Origin: an uncultured Dorea sp. | GTDB lineage: Bacteria; Bacillota; Clostridia; Lachnospirales; Lachnospiraceae | Assembly: GCA_910579335.1 (NCBI GenBank) | Contig: CAJTUQ010000003.1 | Span: 608-64,607 of the forward strand | Direction: 5' to 3' | DNA: 64,000 nt | Shown here: piece after piece, positions 20,674 to 31,630 of the stretch | How the letters are laid out: each line of letters begins with the position of its first letter | How positions within the stretch are numbered: position 1 is the stretch's first letter | Program-made: the position numbers and the translations under genes | Notes under the pieces: model-generated | Seen by the model: only the letters and a program-made list of their open reading frames with translations | Told to the model about the DNA's origin: nothing | Databases searched by the model: none

Positions 20674-21990
20674 TTAGTTATTTAAAAATCCCTTATAATT
20701 GCGTACAAGCATCTGTGATTCAACCTGTTTAATCGTTTCAAGAATCACACTCACAATGATGATAAGCGATGTTCCGCCGAATGAAACCTGCGCTCCAAGC
20801 CAGCCGTTAAAAAAGATTGGGATTATCTGTACAAACACCAGTCCGCAAGCTCCGATAAAGATAATATAATTCAATATCTTTGTCAAATATTCAACCGTCG
20901 GTTTCCCCGGACGGATACCGGGAATAAAACCGCCGCTCTTTTTCATATTGTTGGCGATTTCCAGCGGATTAAAGGTAATGGACGTATAAAAATAAGCAAA
21001 AAACACTGTAAGCAGGATATATACAATAAGTCCCCACGAATATTTCAGCTGCTCCGGATTACACCAGTTCCCCTGATTCATTCCTCTGAGTATCTCACTG
21101 CCGATTCCTTTTCCATTGTCTTTTCCGAGAAAAGATGCAATTACGATTGGGAACTGCATTAATGAAGAAGAAAAGATAATCGGTATAACGCCCGCCGTAT
21201 TTATTCTGAGCGGAATATGTGTCGACTTTCCGCCATAGGTTCTTTTTCCCACTGTTTTCTGTGAGTATTGAACCGCAATTCTTCTTTCGCCGTCCTGAAG
21301 GATAACGACAAATACTACAAGCGCAACAATAATCGCTATAATAATGATAACAGCCAGTCCGCCTTTTGCAATGCTTTTATCCTTAACAAACTGTTCAAAC
21401 AGAGTAGCCATGTCATTCGGAATCCGGGAAATGATATTAATCACCAGCACCATAGAAATTCCGTTTCCAATACCCTTTTCAGTGATTCTTTCTCCAATCC
21501 ACATCAAAAATGTAGATCCGGCCGTCAGCGTCAATACAACGCTTGCCGCATTCACAAAATTGTAATCCGTCAGGAGGCCCTGACGTCCAAATCCAACTGC
21601 CATCGCAGTGGACTCCAGAAGAGCAAGACCTACCGTAAGGTAACGCGTGATCCCTACAATCTTTTTTCTTCCGTCCTCTCCATCCTTCTGCATCTCTTCA
21701 AGTGCCGGAATTGCAATCGTAAGAAGCTGCATAATAATTGAAGATGTAATATACGGCGTAATACTGAGCGCAAATACTGACATTCTCTCAAAAGAGCCAC
21801 CGGTGAAAGCGTTAAACAGGTTAAACGCTTCCCCAGTGTTCTGTGCAAAGAAATTATGAATATATGTCGGGTCAACTCCGGGTGTCGGAAGTCCTGACCC
21901 AATCCTTATTACGATTAACATCAAAAACGTATATCCGATTTTTCTGCGAATATCTTTAATTTGAAATGCCCTTCGGAAAGTTTCTAACAT
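20674..21990 (-). CDS. secY: Preprotein translocase SecY
   Basis: ITPYITSSII, GIGNGIS, FIPGIRPG, FGGTSLII. Confidence 0.98.
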   Translation of the reverse strand: MLETFRRAFQIKDIRRKIGYTFLMLIVIRIGSGLPTPGVDPTYIHNFFAQNTGEAFNLFNAFTGGSFERMSVFALSITPYITSSIIMQLLTIAIPALEEMQKDGEDGRKKIVGITRYLTVGLALLESTAMAVGFGRQGLLTDYNFVNAASVVLTLTAGSTFLMWIGERITEKGIGNGISMVLVINIISRIPNDMATLFEQFVKDKSIAKGGLAVIIIIAIIVALVVFVVILQDGERRIAVQYSQKTVGKRTYGGKSTHIPLRINTAGVIPIIFSSSLMQFPIVIASFLGKDNGKGIGSEILRGMNQGNWCNPEQLKYSWGLIVYILLTVFFAYFYTSITFNPLEIANNMKKSGGFIPGIRPGKPTVEYLTKILNYIIFIGACGLVFVQIIPIFFNGWLGAQVSFGGTSLIIIVSVILETIKQVESQMLVRNYKGFLNN

Positions 21991-22430
21991 TAGATCACCT
22001 CTGCTTTTCCACCTACAGCCTCGATTTTAGCTATTGCGCCTGCACTGAACGCATTTGCTTTCACAGTCAATTTCTTTGTGAGCTCACCGTTTCCGAGAAT
22101 CTTAACGCCGTCTCTTGCATTTTTAATGACTCCCTGCTCCAGCAATGTATCAACGGAAACGACTGCATCATTCTCAAACACTTCAAGAGCGCTTACATTG
22201 ATACCAACGATTTCCTTAGAATTTCTGTTCGTGAAACCTCTTTTTGGTATTCTTCTATATAATGGCATCTGGCCGCCTTCAAAACCTGGCCTTGTACCTC
22301 CGGAGCGGGCTCTCTGTCCTTTATGTCCCTTACCGGCGGTTTTACCATTTCCAGAACCGTGTCCACGTCCTCTTCTGAAATTATCATTGTGCTTTGCTCC
22401 ATCAGCAGGTCTTAAGTTCGATAAATCCAT
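21990..22430 (-). CDS. rplO: 50S ribosomal protein L15
   Basis: [28 protein letters not shown]. Confidence 0.98.
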   Translation of the reverse strand: MDLSNLRPADGAKHNDNFRRGRGHGSGNGKTAGKGHKGQRARSGGTRPGFEGGQMPLYRRIPKRGFTNRNSKEIVGINVSALEVFENDAVVSVDTLLEQGVIKNARDGVKILGNGELTKKLTVKANAFSAGAIAKIEAVGGKAEVI

Positions 22431-22457
22431 TGTGACACCTCCTTATCTGAATATTTT

Positions 22458-22637
22458 CTATGCTTCTTCCACCTTTACAAGATGTTCAACCTGTTTAACC
22501 ATACCTCTTGTTGCTGCATTATCCGGCAGTTCAACTGTCTTATTGACTTTTCTGAGTCCTAAAGCTTCTACAGTTTTCTTATGCTTCGGCACAGCTCCAA
22601 TTGTAGATTTAACCAATGTAACTTTTAAATTTGCCAT
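22458..22637 (-). CDS. rpmD: 50S ribosomal protein L30 (absent from the ORF track)
   Basis: Hand-translated 59 aa [67 protein letters not shown]; between rpsE and rplO. Confidence 0.96.
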   Translation of the reverse strand: MANLKVTLVKSTIGAVPKHKKTVEALGLRKVNKTVELPDNAATRGMVKQVEHLVKVEEA

Positions 22638-22651
22638 CTTAATCTACCTCC

Positions 22652-23161
22652 TTAGCCTAAGATTTCTTCTACTGTTTTACCGCGAAGCCTAGCCACCTCT
22701 TCCGGTGTCTTCACCTGGCTTAATCCGTCAATCGTAGCAAGAACTACATTCTGCTTATTATTTGAGCCAAGAGATTTTGTACGGATATTTTTAATTCCTG
22801 CCATCTCAATAACGGCACGCGCCGGTCCTCCGGCGATAACTCCCGTACCTTCCGGTGCCTTCTTCAGCAATACGGACGCTCCTCCGAATTTACCTGTGAA
22901 GTCATGTGTAATACTCTCATTTTCATCTAATGCTACTGCAATCAGATGCTTTGCGGCATCCTCTTTTCCCTTACGGATCGCTTCCGGAATCTCAGTAGCT
23001 TTTCCCAAGCCTGCACCAACGTGGCCATTTCCATCGCCAACAACTACTAAAGCTGTGAATCTCATATTACGGCCACCCTTAACAACTTTGGTTACACGCT
23101 TGATTGATACCACTTTTTCTGTTAATTCTAATGAACTAGCATCAATACGTTCCTGTTTCAT
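22652..23161 (-). CDS. rpsE: 30S ribosomal protein S5
   Basis: [18 protein letters not shown]. Confidence 0.98.
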   Translation of the reverse strand: MKQERIDASSLELTEKVVSIKRVTKVVKGGRNMRFTALVVVGDGNGHVGAGLGKATEIPEAIRKGKEDAAKHLIAVALDENESITHDFTGKFGGASVLLKKAPEGTGVIAGGPARAVIEMAGIKNIRTKSLGSNNKQNVVLATIDGLSQVKTPEEVARLRGKTVEEILG

Positions 23162-23175
23162 GTGTGCTCCTCCTC

Positions 23176-23544
23176 CTAGAAATTCAATCCAGCTTCTCTA
23201 GCTGCATCTGCTAATGCCTGAATCTTGCCATGATATATGAAGCCGCCTCTGTCAAAGACAACATCCTTAATACCTTTCTCAATTGCCTTTTCAGCAATCA
23301 CTTTGCCCAAATATGCCGCTGCCTCAACGTTATTTGTTTTTTCCAAGTTTGCTTTCACATCTTTCTGAAGAGTGGAAGCGGAAACCAGTGTATGATGCGC
23401 TGTGTCATCAATAATCTGTGCATACATATGATTATTGCTTCTGAATACTGCCAAGCGGGGGCACTGTGCCGTACCGCTCAAACGGTTACGTAATTTTCTG
23501 TGCTTATTGGCACGAACAACACTTCTTGATTTTTTGCTAACCAT
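23176..23544 (-). CDS. rplR: 50S ribosomal protein L18
   Basis: [23 protein letters not shown] at 23544. Confidence 0.97.
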   Translation of the reverse strand: MVSKKSRSVVRANKHRKLRNRLSGTAQCPRLAVFRSNNHMYAQIIDDTAHHTLVSASTLQKDVKANLEKTNNVEAAAYLGKVIAEKAIEKGIKDVVFDRGGFIYHGKIQALADAAREAGLNF

Positions 23545-23561
23545 TTTCACACTCTCCTTTC

Positions 23562-24104
23562 TTATTTCTTACCTGTCTTACCAACTTTACGTCTGATAAC
23601 TTCATCAGCATACTTGATACCCTTGCCCTTATATGGCTCCGGTCTTCTCTTATCCCTGATTTCAGCCGCATATTGTCCGACTTTTTCTTTATTAATACCC
23701 TTGACGATAATCTTATTCTGACCTTCCAGAACTGTCTCAACGCCTTCCGGGTCGATCATCTCTACAGGATGAGAATATCCTAAGCTTAAGGTTAACTTAT
23801 TACCGGATTTTGCCGCCCTGTAACCAACGCCGTTAACTTCAAGCACTTTCTGATATCCGTCCGTAACACCAACAACCATGTTGTTAATCAGTGTCCTTGT
23901 AAGACCGTGAAGTGATTTCATTTTCTTTAAATCATTCGGTCTTGTTACGATAATTTCGTCTTCTTCTTTTTTAATTTCCATCTCTGTGGGAAGCTCTCTG
24001 GAAAGAGTGCCCTTCGGACCTGTTACAGTCACTTTATTATTCTCTGCAATTTCAACAGTTACGCCTGCTGGAATTTTAACTGGCAGTCTGCCTATACGTG
24101 ACAT
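23562..24104 (-). CDS. rplF: 50S ribosomal protein L6
   Basis: [23 protein letters not shown]. Confidence 0.98.
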   Translation of the reverse strand: MSRIGRLPVKIPAGVTVEIAENNKVTVTGPKGTLSRELPTEMEIKKEEDEIIVTRPNDLKKMKSLHGLTRTLINNMVVGVTDGYQKVLEVNGVGYRAAKSGNKLTLSLGYSHPVEMIDPEGVETVLEGQNKIIVKGINKEKVGQYAAEIRDKRRPEPYKGKGIKYADEVIRRKVGKTGKK

Positions 24105-24172
24105 TGCCTTTTCCTCCTTAACTTAGATTTTCGGAACAAATCAAAAACATTTGCTCTGTTTTCAGTTGCATG

Positions 24173-24303
24173 GAGCACTTGGTGAGGTGTTTCCTTTGCC
24201 AAGTGTTCGCTATTTAAGGAAGTTCTTTTCGCTAAGCTCAAAGAACGACCCTCTCACTAGGCTCAGCCGGCGCTGACGCTTAGCTTTGCCAAATGTTCAG
24301 TGT
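24173..24303. repeat. Structured intergenic repeat, copy after rpsH
   Basis: GAGCACTTGG..CCAAGTGTTC (24173-24208); AAGGAA-GTTCTTT-tcgctaagctc-AAAGAAC (24222-24246); CACTAGGCTC..TTTGCCAAATGTTC. Confidence 0.8.
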
Positions 24304-24705
24304 CTACCAAATAAAGCAAAGCACCTCTCCGCCGATGCCAAGCTTCCTTGCCTGCTTATCTGTAATTACGCCCTCATTTGTAGATATGATTGCAGTCCCA
24401 AGTCCCCCGAACACTTTCGGCACTTTGTCACTGCTTGCGTATACACGAAGACCCGGTTTGGAGATTCTCTTAAGGCCTGTGATAACCTTTTCGTTCTTAT
24501 CCGCGCCATATTTTAACGTAATGCGGATCGTTTTGAATACTCCGTCTTCAACCATGTCGTATTTCTCAATATATCCTTCATCCAGCAGGATGTTTGCGAT
24601 AGCAAGTTTCATCTTGGATGACGGTACATCTACTGTATCATGTTTTGCAGTATTTGCATTACGGATTCTTGTAAGCATATCTGCAATTGGATCGCTCATA
24701 GTCAT
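24304..24705 (-). CDS. rpsH: 30S ribosomal protein S8
   Basis: [27 protein letters not shown]; true start ATG 24705. Confidence 0.98.
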   Translation of the reverse strand: MTMSDPIADMLTRIRNANTAKHDTVDVPSSKMKLAIANILLDEGYIEKYDMVEDGVFKTIRITLKYGADKNEKVITGLKRISKPGLRVYASSDKVPKVFGGLGTAIISTNEGVITDKQARKLGIGGEVLCFIW

Positions 24706-24734
24706 GAAATATTTCCTCTCTTTCTTCCAATTTT

Positions 24735-24940
24735 GTTCCCAATACCGGAACATGTTCCGTGCGCCTAAGCCCTGTCTTCGCCTTGCGGCCCGCCAATCAC
24801 TAACGCTTGGGAACGGCCTTCTCACTAGGCATTTGCATTGCAGCATCCCGTCATTGCATTCCGGGATGGATTTTCTCACTAAGCTCAAGCTTCGCCTCAC
24901 ATCTTGCTTTCACTAAGTGTTCAATGCCAGTGTTCAGCGC
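24735..24940. repeat. Structured intergenic repeat, nested/composite copy after rpsN
   Basis: GTTCCCAA..TTGGGAAC, CATCCCG-tcattgcattc-CGGGATG, and CACTAAGCTCAAGC..CTTGCTTTCACTAAGTGTTC nested inside CACTAGGCATT..AATGCCAGTGTTC. Confidence 0.8.
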
Positions 24941-25126
24941 CTACCAACTTGCTTTCTTTACACCTGGAATCTGTCCTTTGTATGCCAGTTCGCGGAAGCA
25001 AACACGGCAAATGCCATATTTTCTCAAATATGCATGCGGACGCCCACAAATTCTGCAGCGGCTGTATTCTCTGGTGGAGAATTTCTGCGGACGCTGCTGT
25101 TTGATTTTCATTGCTGTCTTAGCCAT
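24941..25126 (-). CDS. rpsN: 30S ribosomal protein S14, type Z (Zn-binding)
   Basis: 61 aa, [15 protein letters not shown]. Confidence 0.97.
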   Translation of the reverse strand: MAKTAMKIKQQRPQKFSTREYSRCRICGRPHAYLRKYGICRVCFRELAYKGQIPGVKKASW

Positions 25127-25136
25127 AATTTACCTC

Positions 25137-25676
25137 CTACTTTGTAAACGGCATATTGAACTGTGTAAGCAGTTCTCTTGCCTCTTCGTCTGTTTTTGCA
25201 GTCGTAACAAAGATAACATCCATACCTCTTACTTTATCAACCTTGTCATATTCAATTTCAGGGAAAATGAGCTGCTCTTTAATTCCGAGAGCATAATTTC
25301 CTCTTCCATCAAACGCATTCGGATTCACGCCCCGGAAGTCACGTACACGAGGCAGCGCAAGATTAATCAGACGGTCTACGAACTCATACATTCTCTCGCC
25401 TCTCAATGTAACCTTGCATCCGATTGCCATACCTTCTCTTAACTTGAAGTTGGCAACTGACTTCTTAGCTTTACATATAACTGCTTTCTGTCCTGTAATC
25501 TTCTCTAAATCAGCAACAGCTGAATCCAAGATTTTTGCATTGTCTTTTGCTTCGCCGACGCCCATGTTGATAACAACCTTGTCAAGCTTCGGCACTTCCA
25601 TAATATTCTTATAACCGAATTTCTTCGTTAATGCGTCAACGATTTCATTCTGGTACTGTTCTTTCAGTCTACTCAA
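25137..25676 (-). CDS. rplE: 50S ribosomal protein L5
   Basis: [20 protein letters not shown]. Confidence 0.98.
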   Translation of the reverse strand: MSRLKEQYQNEIVDALTKKFGYKNIMEVPKLDKVVINMGVGEAKDNAKILDSAVADLEKITGQKAVICKAKKSVANFKLREGMAIGCKVTLRGERMYEFVDRLINLALPRVRDFRGVNPNAFDGRGNYALGIKEQLIFPEIEYDKVDKVRGMDVIFVTTAKTDEEARELLTQFNMPFTK

Positions 25677-25699
25677 AGCCTTGAACCTCCTTCCTCAAA

Positions 25700-26011
25700 T
25701 TAATCAATCACATCGCCTGTTGATTTTGCGTAACGAACCTTTTTGTCTCCATCCATCTTAATGCCGATTCTTGTAACCTTTCCTTTGTGGAGATACATTA
25801 CATTTGAAACATCGATTGGAGCTTCCTGGTGGATGATTCCGCCGTTCGTGTTGGCAGCGCTCGGCTTCGCATGCTTCGTAATCATATTTACGCCTTCTAC
25901 GACCACCTTGCCGTCCTTCTGGTTTACAGCGATAACCTTACCCTCTTTGTCTTTATCCTTGCCGGCAATCACCTTTACAGTATCGCCTTTTTTTATCTTT
26001 AACATTGACAT
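25700..26011 (-). CDS. rplX: 50S ribosomal protein L24
   Basis: KOW motif IKKGDTVKVIAGKDK, EAPIDVSNV. Confidence 0.98.
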   Translation of the reverse strand: MSMLKIKKGDTVKVIAGKDKDKEGKVIAVNQKDGKVVVEGVNMITKHAKPSAANTNGGIIHQEAPIDVSNVMYLHKGKVTRIGIKMDGDKKVRYAKSTGDVID

Positions 26012-26025
26012 CCTCTTGCACCTCC

Positions 26026-26394
26026 TTAAAGAACTTCCGGAGCCAGAGAAACGATTCTCATGAACTGCTTATCACGGAGTTCTCTTGCTACTGGCCCAAA
26101 AATACGGGTTCCTCTTGGTGTCTTATCATCTTTTATAATTACGGCAGCATTCTCATCGAAACGGATATAGGAGCCGTCTTTACGGCGTGTGCTGTTGACA
26201 GTGCGGACAACGACAGCTTTTACCACGTCACCCTTTTTAACAACGCCGCCTGGTGTTGCATCTTTAACAGTCGCAACGATAATGTCGCCGATACTTGCAT
26301 ATCTTCTTGTAGAACCGCCAAGCACACGGATACATAACAATTCTTTTGCACCTGTGTTATCTGCCACTCTCAGTCTGCTTTCTTGCTGTATCAT
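26026..26394 (-). CDS. rplN: 50S ribosomal protein L14
   Basis: [27 protein letters not shown] 26394, 122 aa. Confidence 0.98.
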   Translation of the reverse strand: MIQQESRLRVADNTGAKELLCIRVLGGSTRRYASIGDIIVATVKDATPGGVVKKGDVVKAVVVRTVNSTRRKDGSYIRFDENAAVIIKDDKTPRGTRIFGPVARELRDKQFMRIVSLAPEVL

Positions 26395-26413
26395 GCAGGT
26401 TTCCCTCCTTATA

Positions 26414-26668
26414 CTATTTTGCTTTTTCCATAATCTCAACAAGTCTCCATCTCTTATCCTTAGATAATGGCCTTGTCTCCATAACTTTTACTTTGTCGCC
26501 AATCTTGCACTCATTTGACTCATCATGTGCTTTCAGTTTATAAGTTCTCTTTACAATTTTCTTGTAAAGCGGATGTTTTACATGGTCTTCGACTGCAACT
26601 ACTATGGTCTTATCCATTTTATCACTGACAACCTTACCAACACGGGTTTTTCTAAGATTTCTTTCCAC
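26414..26668 (-). CDS. rpsQ: 30S ribosomal protein S17
   Basis: [22 protein letters not shown]. Confidence 0.98.
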   Translation of the reverse strand: MERNLRKTRVGKVVSDKMDKTIVVAVEDHVKHPLYKKIVKRTYKLKAHDESNECKIGDKVKVMETRPLSKDKRWRLVEIMEKAK

Positions 26669-26701
26669 AGTCTGTCTCCTTTCAGGAATTTTGTTTGTAA
26701 G

Positions 26702-26830
26702 AAGAAGTTCTATATGCTCTGCTTATTGATGGTAGTTCTTTTACCTTGTTCATAAGGGAGTTCTCTTCACTTCGTTCAGAGAACGGTCAAAAAACCAGGT
26801 TCGAGAATACCTCGCCAACTTTTTTGTGCC
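26702..26830. repeat. Structured intergenic repeat, copy after rpmC
   Basis: GTTCTCT-tcacttcgttc-AGAGAAC (26760-26784); CAAAAAA..AGGTTCGAGAATACCTCGCC..TTTTTTG; two decayed AGTTC units near 26706 and 26734. Confidence 0.8.
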
Positions 26831-27033
26831 TAACCTCTCTGCGCCTGCGTCAACAACGTCTGGATTCTGGCAATGTTTCTTCTTACCTCTTTAATTCTGC
26901 TTGTATTATCTAACTGATTTGTTGCGTTCTGGAATCTCAAATTAAAGAGTTCCTTTTTAGCAGCTACTAATTCTTCATTCAGCTCTGCAGCTGATTTTGT
27001 TTTTAAATCTTCTACAAATGCATTAATTTTCAC
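26830..27033 (-). CDS. rpmC: 50S ribosomal protein L29
   Basis: [26 protein letters not shown] 27033 overlapping the rplP end. Confidence 0.96.
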   Translation of the reverse strand: MKINAFVEDLKTKSAAELNEELVAAKKELFNLRFQNATNQLDNTSRIKEVRRNIARIQTLLTQAQRG

Positions 27034-27460
27034 TGTTATCACCGCCTTCTAAGTCTGCGCGAGAAACTACTTTACATTTACATGGCAGCTTATGTGTTGC
27101 AAGACGAAGCGCTTCTCTCGCTACCTCTTCCGGTACGCCGGCAATCTCGAACATAACGCGGCCCGGCTTAACAACTGCTACCCAGTATTCCAAAGTTCCT
27201 TTACCGGAACCCATACGTGTCTCTGCTGGTTTTGTAGTTACAGGTTTATCCGGGAATATCTTAATCCAGACTTTACCGCCACGCTTGATGTAACGCGTCA
27301 TAGCGATACGGGCAGCTTCAATCTGATTGGAGCGGATCCAGCAAGGCTCCATTGCAATGATACCATATTCACCGTTTGTAATCTTATTTCCGCGAAGTGC
27401 TTTTCCTTTCATGGAACCGCGGAACTGTTTACGACGTTTTACTCTTTTTGGCATTAACAT
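27023..27460 (-). CDS. rplP: 50S ribosomal protein L16
   Basis: [22 protein letters not shown]. Confidence 0.98.
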   Translation of the reverse strand: MLMPKRVKRRKQFRGSMKGKALRGNKITNGEYGIIAMEPCWIRSNQIEAARIAMTRYIKRGGKVWIKIFPDKPVTTKPAETRMGSGKGTLEYWVAVVKPGRVMFEIAGVPEEVAREALRLATHKLPCKCKVVSRADLEGGDNSEN

Positions 27461-27462
27461 GA

Positions 27463-28116
27463 TTAATCTCTCCCTTCCTTAGCTGCTTTTTCCGGAAGAA
27501 TTTCGCCCTTGTAAACCCATACCTTAACGCCGACTTTTCCGTAAGTTGTATTGGCCTCAGCGAATCCGTAGTCAATGTCTGCTCTCAGTGTCTGAAGCGG
27601 AATCGTTCCCTCGCTGTAGAACTCCGTACGAGCCATGTCTGCTCCGCCAAGACGCCCTGATACGGAAGTCTTAACTCCGAGTGCTCCTGCTTTCATCGTC
27701 CTGGACATGCAGGATTTCATAGCGCGTCTGAAAGAAATACGGTTCTCAAGCTGCAGGGCAATATTCTCTGCCACTAACTGAGCATCTTTATCCGGTCTTT
27801 TGATTTCCTTGATATCAACAATTAATTTCTTATCTGTAAACTTTGCAAGCTCGCCTTTTACCTTTTCAATCTCAGCTCCGCCTTTACCGATAACCACACC
27901 CGGTTTTGCCGTATAGATAATAATCTTCGCACGGTCGGATGCTCTCTCGATTTCGATTCTGGAAATGCCGGCGCTGTATAATCTTTTCTTAAGATACGTT
28001 CTGATTTCATGGTCTTCCACTAAATTATCAGCAAAATCTTTTTCTGCGTACCACTTGGAATCCCAGTCTTTGATTATGCCGACTCTTAAACCATGAGGAT
28101 TAACTTTCTGTCCCAT
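27463..28116 (-). CDS. rpsC: 30S ribosomal protein S3
   Basis: [24 protein letters not shown]. Confidence 0.98.
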   Translation of the reverse strand: MGQKVNPHGLRVGIIKDWDSKWYAEKDFADNLVEDHEIRTYLKKRLYSAGISRIEIERASDRAKIIIYTAKPGVVIGKGGAEIEKVKGELAKFTDKKLIVDIKEIKRPDKDAQLVAENIALQLENRISFRRAMKSCMSRTMKAGALGVKTSVSGRLGGADMARTEFYSEGTIPLQTLRADIDYGFAEANTTYGKVGVKVWVYKGEILPEKAAKEGRD

Positions 28117-28127
28117 GTCTGCCCTCC

Positions 28128-28514
28128 TTATCTTTCATCAAGCACAAGTGTAATGTGGCTCATTCTCTTCTCTATTCTATAAGCTCTTCCCTGTGCCCTC
28201 GGTCTGATTCTCTTCATTGTTGGTCCTTTGTTCGCATACGCCTCTGCAACATAAAGGTTTTCAGCATTCATACCATTATTATTTTCAGCATTAGCAATGG
28301 CAGACTCCAGTAATTTCTTTATCAAGCTGGAAGCATATCTTGGACTGTAGGTTAAAATACCAAGCGCTGCATTCACATCCTTGCCTCTGATGGCATCTAA
28401 TACGAAACATGCTTTCTGAACAGAAACTCTTGCATAAGACAGCTTAGCAGAAGGTCTTGTATCTTTATTAGCATTTCTTTCTCTTTTAATTTGGGATCTA
28501 TGTCCTTTTGCCAT
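28128..28514 (-). CDS. rplV: 50S ribosomal protein L22
   Basis: [17 protein letters not shown]; basic N-terminal extension. Confidence 0.97.
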   Translation of the reverse strand: MAKGHRSQIKRERNANKDTRPSAKLSYARVSVQKACFVLDAIRGKDVNAALGILTYSPRYASSLIKKLLESAIANAENNNGMNAENLYVAEAYANKGPTMKRIRPRAQGRAYRIEKRMSHITLVLDER

Positions 28515-28539
28515 GGATGAACCCTCCTTTCACCATTAA

Positions 28540-28821
28540 TTATCTTACCTTCGATTTCTTCTCGTCTTTTCCATGTCCTCTGTATGTCCTGGTCGCGACA
28601 AACTCGCCGAGCTTGTGGCCGACCATATCTTCTGTTACATATACCGGAACATGCTTTCTTCCGTCATGAACGGCAATCGTGTGCCCAATCATGCTCGGAA
28701 AGATTGTGGAACGGCGGGACCATGTCTTGATTACCGACTTGCTGCCCGACTCGTTCATAGCATCAACCTTCTTAAGCAGGCTTGCGTCTGCAAATGGTCC
28801 TTTTTTAATTGAACGTGCCAT
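28540..28821 (-). CDS. rpsS: 30S ribosomal protein S19
   Basis: [18 protein letters not shown]. Confidence 0.98.
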   Translation of the reverse strand: MARSIKKGPFADASLLKKVDAMNESGSKSVIKTWSRRSTIFPSMIGHTIAVHDGRKHVPVYVTEDMVGHKLGEFVATRTYRGHGKDEKKSKVR

Positions 28822-28843
28822 AGGTTCAACCTCCTTATGAAAA

Positions 28844-29686
28844 TTATTTGATTGCTCTGCCGTCTCTTCTTCTGATAATCAATTTGTTAGAAGACTTATT
28901 TCTCTTTCTAGTCTTAAGACCAAGCGCCGGTTTACCCCAAGGAGTACACGGACCCGGACGTCCGATTCCGGTCTTGCCTTCACCACCGCCGTGCGGATGG
29001 TCGTTCGGGTTCATAACAGAACCGCGCACTGTCGGCCTGATACCCATATGGCGCTTACGTCCCGCCTTACCAATATTAATCAGACTGTGGTCGCCGTTTC
29101 CTACCACTCCTACAGAAGCCCTGCAGATAATCGGAACCATTCTCATCTCTCCCGATGGAAGTCTTAAAGTCGCATATTTTCCTTCTTTCGCCATCAGCTG
29201 CGCACTGTTTCCCGCTGAGCGCACCAGCTGTCCGCCTCTGCCCGGATACAGCTCGATATTGTGAATCTGCGTACCTACCGGAATCTCTGAAAGCGGCAGG
29301 CAGTTACCGATTCTCACCTCTGCCTCCGGCCCGTTCATAATCTTCATTCCGTCCTTAAGTCCTTCCGGAGCAAGGATGTATGCCTTTTCTCCGTCCTCAT
29401 AGCAGATTAAAGCGATGTTTGCCGTTCTGTTCGGATCGTATTCAATGCCGATTACCTTAGCAGCGACACCGTCTTTATTTCTCTTAAAATCAACAATCCT
29501 GTATTTTCTCTTAGCGCCGCCTCCGCGGTGTCTAACTGTAATTTTTCCCTGGTTGTTTCGTCCCGCCTGCCTGCTCTTTGATGCTAACAATGACTTTTCC
29601 GGCGTCGTCTTAGTAATCTCCGCAAAATCGGAACCTGTCATCTGTCTTCTGGAAGGCGTATATGGGTTATATGTTTTAATTCCCAT
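28844..29686 (-). CDS. rplB: 50S ribosomal protein L2
   Basis: [20 protein letters not shown]. Confidence 0.98.
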   Translation of the reverse strand: MGIKTYNPYTPSRRQMTGSDFAEITKTTPEKSLLASKSRQAGRNNQGKITVRHRGGGAKRKYRIVDFKRNKDGVAAKVIGIEYDPNRTANIALICYEDGEKAYILAPEGLKDGMKIMNGPEAEVRIGNCLPLSEIPVGTQIHNIELYPGRGGQLVRSAGNSAQLMAKEGKYATLRLPSGEMRMVPIICRASVGVVGNGDHSLINIGKAGRKRHMGIRPTVRGSVMNPNDHPHGGGEGKTGIGRPGPCTPWGKPALGLKTRKRNKSSNKLIIRRRDGRAIK

Positions 29687-29774
29687 GATTGACTTCTCCT
29701 TTCAATGCTGTTTATTATCACGGTTTCTATCCGTATGATTTGATATGCATGTTTTTAATGCACTCACCCATGCT

Positions 29775-30080
29775 TTACAGGCCTTCAAAAATCTCAATAT
29801 CCGCGCTGTCCTCTGTCAGCTGGACAACCGCCTTTTTTGTCTTGGCTGTTTTTCCAAACTGCATGGTTCCGCGTACCCGCTTCCTTTTCCCCTCGCAGTT
29901 CATCGTATTGACGCCCTCAACCTTTGTTCCGTCAAACATTTTCTCAACAGCTTCTTTTACCTGAGACTTTGTAGCCTGAGGATGAACTAAAAACGTATAT
30001 TTCTTTTCACCCATAAGCTCCATGCTCTTTTCAGTAATAACCGGTTTAAGGATTACATCATAATATTTAATATCAGCCAT
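29775..30080 (-). CDS. rplW: 50S ribosomal protein L23
   Basis: PVITEKS, KKAVVQL. Confidence 0.97.
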   Translation of the reverse strand: MADIKYYDVILKPVITEKSMELMGEKKYTFLVHPQATKSQVKEAVEKMFDGTKVEGVNTMNCEGKRKRVRGTMQFGKTAKTKKAVVQLTEDSADIEIFEGL

Positions 30081-30700
30081 TATGCGTACACCTCCTCGAT
30101 ATTCTGGACAGCAGCCTTTGTAGCGATTACAGTATTGTACTTCAAAACGTCAAATACATTGAGCGTACCGGCCTTAGCAGTTTTCACATCAGCAATATTT
30201 CTTGCGGACAGCTCTGCATTAACGTTACCGTCCTCCAGTACTACCAACGCTTTTGCAACGTCCAGATTTTTTAACATGTTAGCGAAGTTCTTTGTCTTAA
30301 TCTCGCCAAATGAGATTTCGTCGACAACAATGAACTTTTTATCTTCCACTCTGGAAGTAAGCGCAGATTTAAGCGCCGCTCTCTTTTCTTTTCTATTCAT
30401 CTTAAAGGAATAGTCTCTCGGTACCGGAGCAAATACAACTCCGCCGCCCGTCCACTGTGGAGCTCTGGTAGAACCCTGTCTTGCGTGGCCTGTTCCTTTC
30501 TGTCTCCACGGTTTTCTTCTGCCGCCGGATACTTCAGAACGCGTCTTAGCCTTCTGCGTCCCCTGACGGTTATTTGCAAGCTGGTTCACAACTGCCATGT
30601 GTAAAAGATGTTCATTAACCTCAACACCAAATACCGCATCGCTCAAATCGATTGTGCCAACTTCTTTACCCTCGATATTATAAACAGATACGTTTGCCAT
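30080..30700 (-). CDS. rplD: 50S ribosomal protein L4
   Basis: [28 protein letters not shown]. Confidence 0.98.
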   Translation of the reverse strand: MANVSVYNIEGKEVGTIDLSDAVFGVEVNEHLLHMAVVNQLANNRQGTQKAKTRSEVSGGRRKPWRQKGTGHARQGSTRAPQWTGGGVVFAPVPRDYSFKMNRKEKRAALKSALTSRVEDKKFIVVDEISFGEIKTKNFANMLKNLDVAKALVVLEDGNVNAELSARNIADVKTAKAGTLNVFDVLKYNTVIATKAAVQNIEEVYA

Positions 30701-30728
30701 CTTAAGTCTTCCTCCTTCCCGTCAAATC

Positions 30729-31409
30729 CTAAATAGATTTTACTGCTTCTTTAATAGTTACCAAAGATTTCTTCGGTCCCGGAACAGAACCCTTTACAAG
30801 AAGCAGGTTGTTCTCTGCGTCTACGCGCACAACCTCAAGGTTCTGGACTGTTACCTTCTCGCTTCCCATGTGACCCGGCATCTTTTTGCCCTTGAACACT
30901 TTGCTCGGATCGGAAGCAGCTCCATTGGAACCAGCATGACGGTGATACTTAGAACCATGTGTCATAGGCCCTCTGTGCTGATTATGTCTCTTAATCGCGC
31001 CCTGGAAGCCTTTACCCTTTGAAATCGCCGTAGCGTCAACCTTGTCGCCCGCCTCAAAGATATCAACCTTGATTTCCTGTGCAAGCTGATACTCGCCTGC
31101 ATTTTCTAATTTGAACTCTCTAACAAATCTTTTTCCGGAAACGCTGGCCTTTGCAAAATGTCCCTGCTCAGCCTTTGTCACACCATGACGGTGGACAATC
31201 TCTTTTTTGCCGCTCTTGTCTTTGTTTACAATCTTGTCTTTCTTGTCAACGAATCCAACCTGAACAGCCTCATAACCGTCATTCTCCACGGTCTTTACCT
31301 GTGTTACCACACAGGGACCAGCCTGAAGGACCGTTACCGGTGTCAACGTGCCGTCTTCGCTAAAGATCTGGGTCATACCGACCTTGGTAGCTAAAATAGC
31401 TTTCTTCAT
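30729..31409 (-). CDS. rplC: 50S ribosomal protein L3
   Basis: [26 protein letters not shown]. Confidence 0.98.
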   Translation of the reverse strand: MKKAILATKVGMTQIFSEDGTLTPVTVLQAGPCVVTQVKTVENDGYEAVQVGFVDKKDKIVNKDKSGKKEIVHRHGVTKAEQGHFAKASVSGKRFVREFKLENAGEYQLAQEIKVDIFEAGDKVDATAISKGKGFQGAIKRHNQHRGPMTHGSKYHRHAGSNGAASDPSKVFKGKKMPGHMGSEKVTVQNLEVVRVDAENNLLLVKGSVPGPKKSLVTIKEAVKSI

Positions 31410-31488
31410 TATAATTACCTCCTGTGATTTACAGCGGAACGCATACTATGCGCTCATCCTAAATTTTAGGAATACTGTGTGTTATTGG

Positions 31489-31630
31489 TGTTCGATTCTC
31501 TTCGTTCATCGAACTAAGTTCGCACTAAGGCTCGAAATTACCTCGCCATGTGGGTGGTTGTTCGATTCTCTTCGCTCATCGAACTAAGTTCGCACTAAGG
31601 CTCGAAAATACCTCGCCAAGTGCTTACTTA
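31489..31630. repeat. Structured intergenic repeat, two tandem copies after rpsJ (period 70 bp)
   Basis: 31489-31552 vs 31559-31622 match at 61 of 64 positions; each contains GTTCGAT-N11-ATCGAAC. Confidence 0.92.

Noticed and set aside
24706..24900. Long N-terminal extensions of S8 (and of S10, L36, L14, PrdE) in the ORF track
   Set aside because: Artefacts of upstream alternative starts; RBS-supported starts give normal lengths.
31489..31622. Possible CRISPR array
   Set aside because: Only two 64-bp units with a 6-bp gap, no unique spacers, no cas genes; belongs to the dispersed hairpin family.
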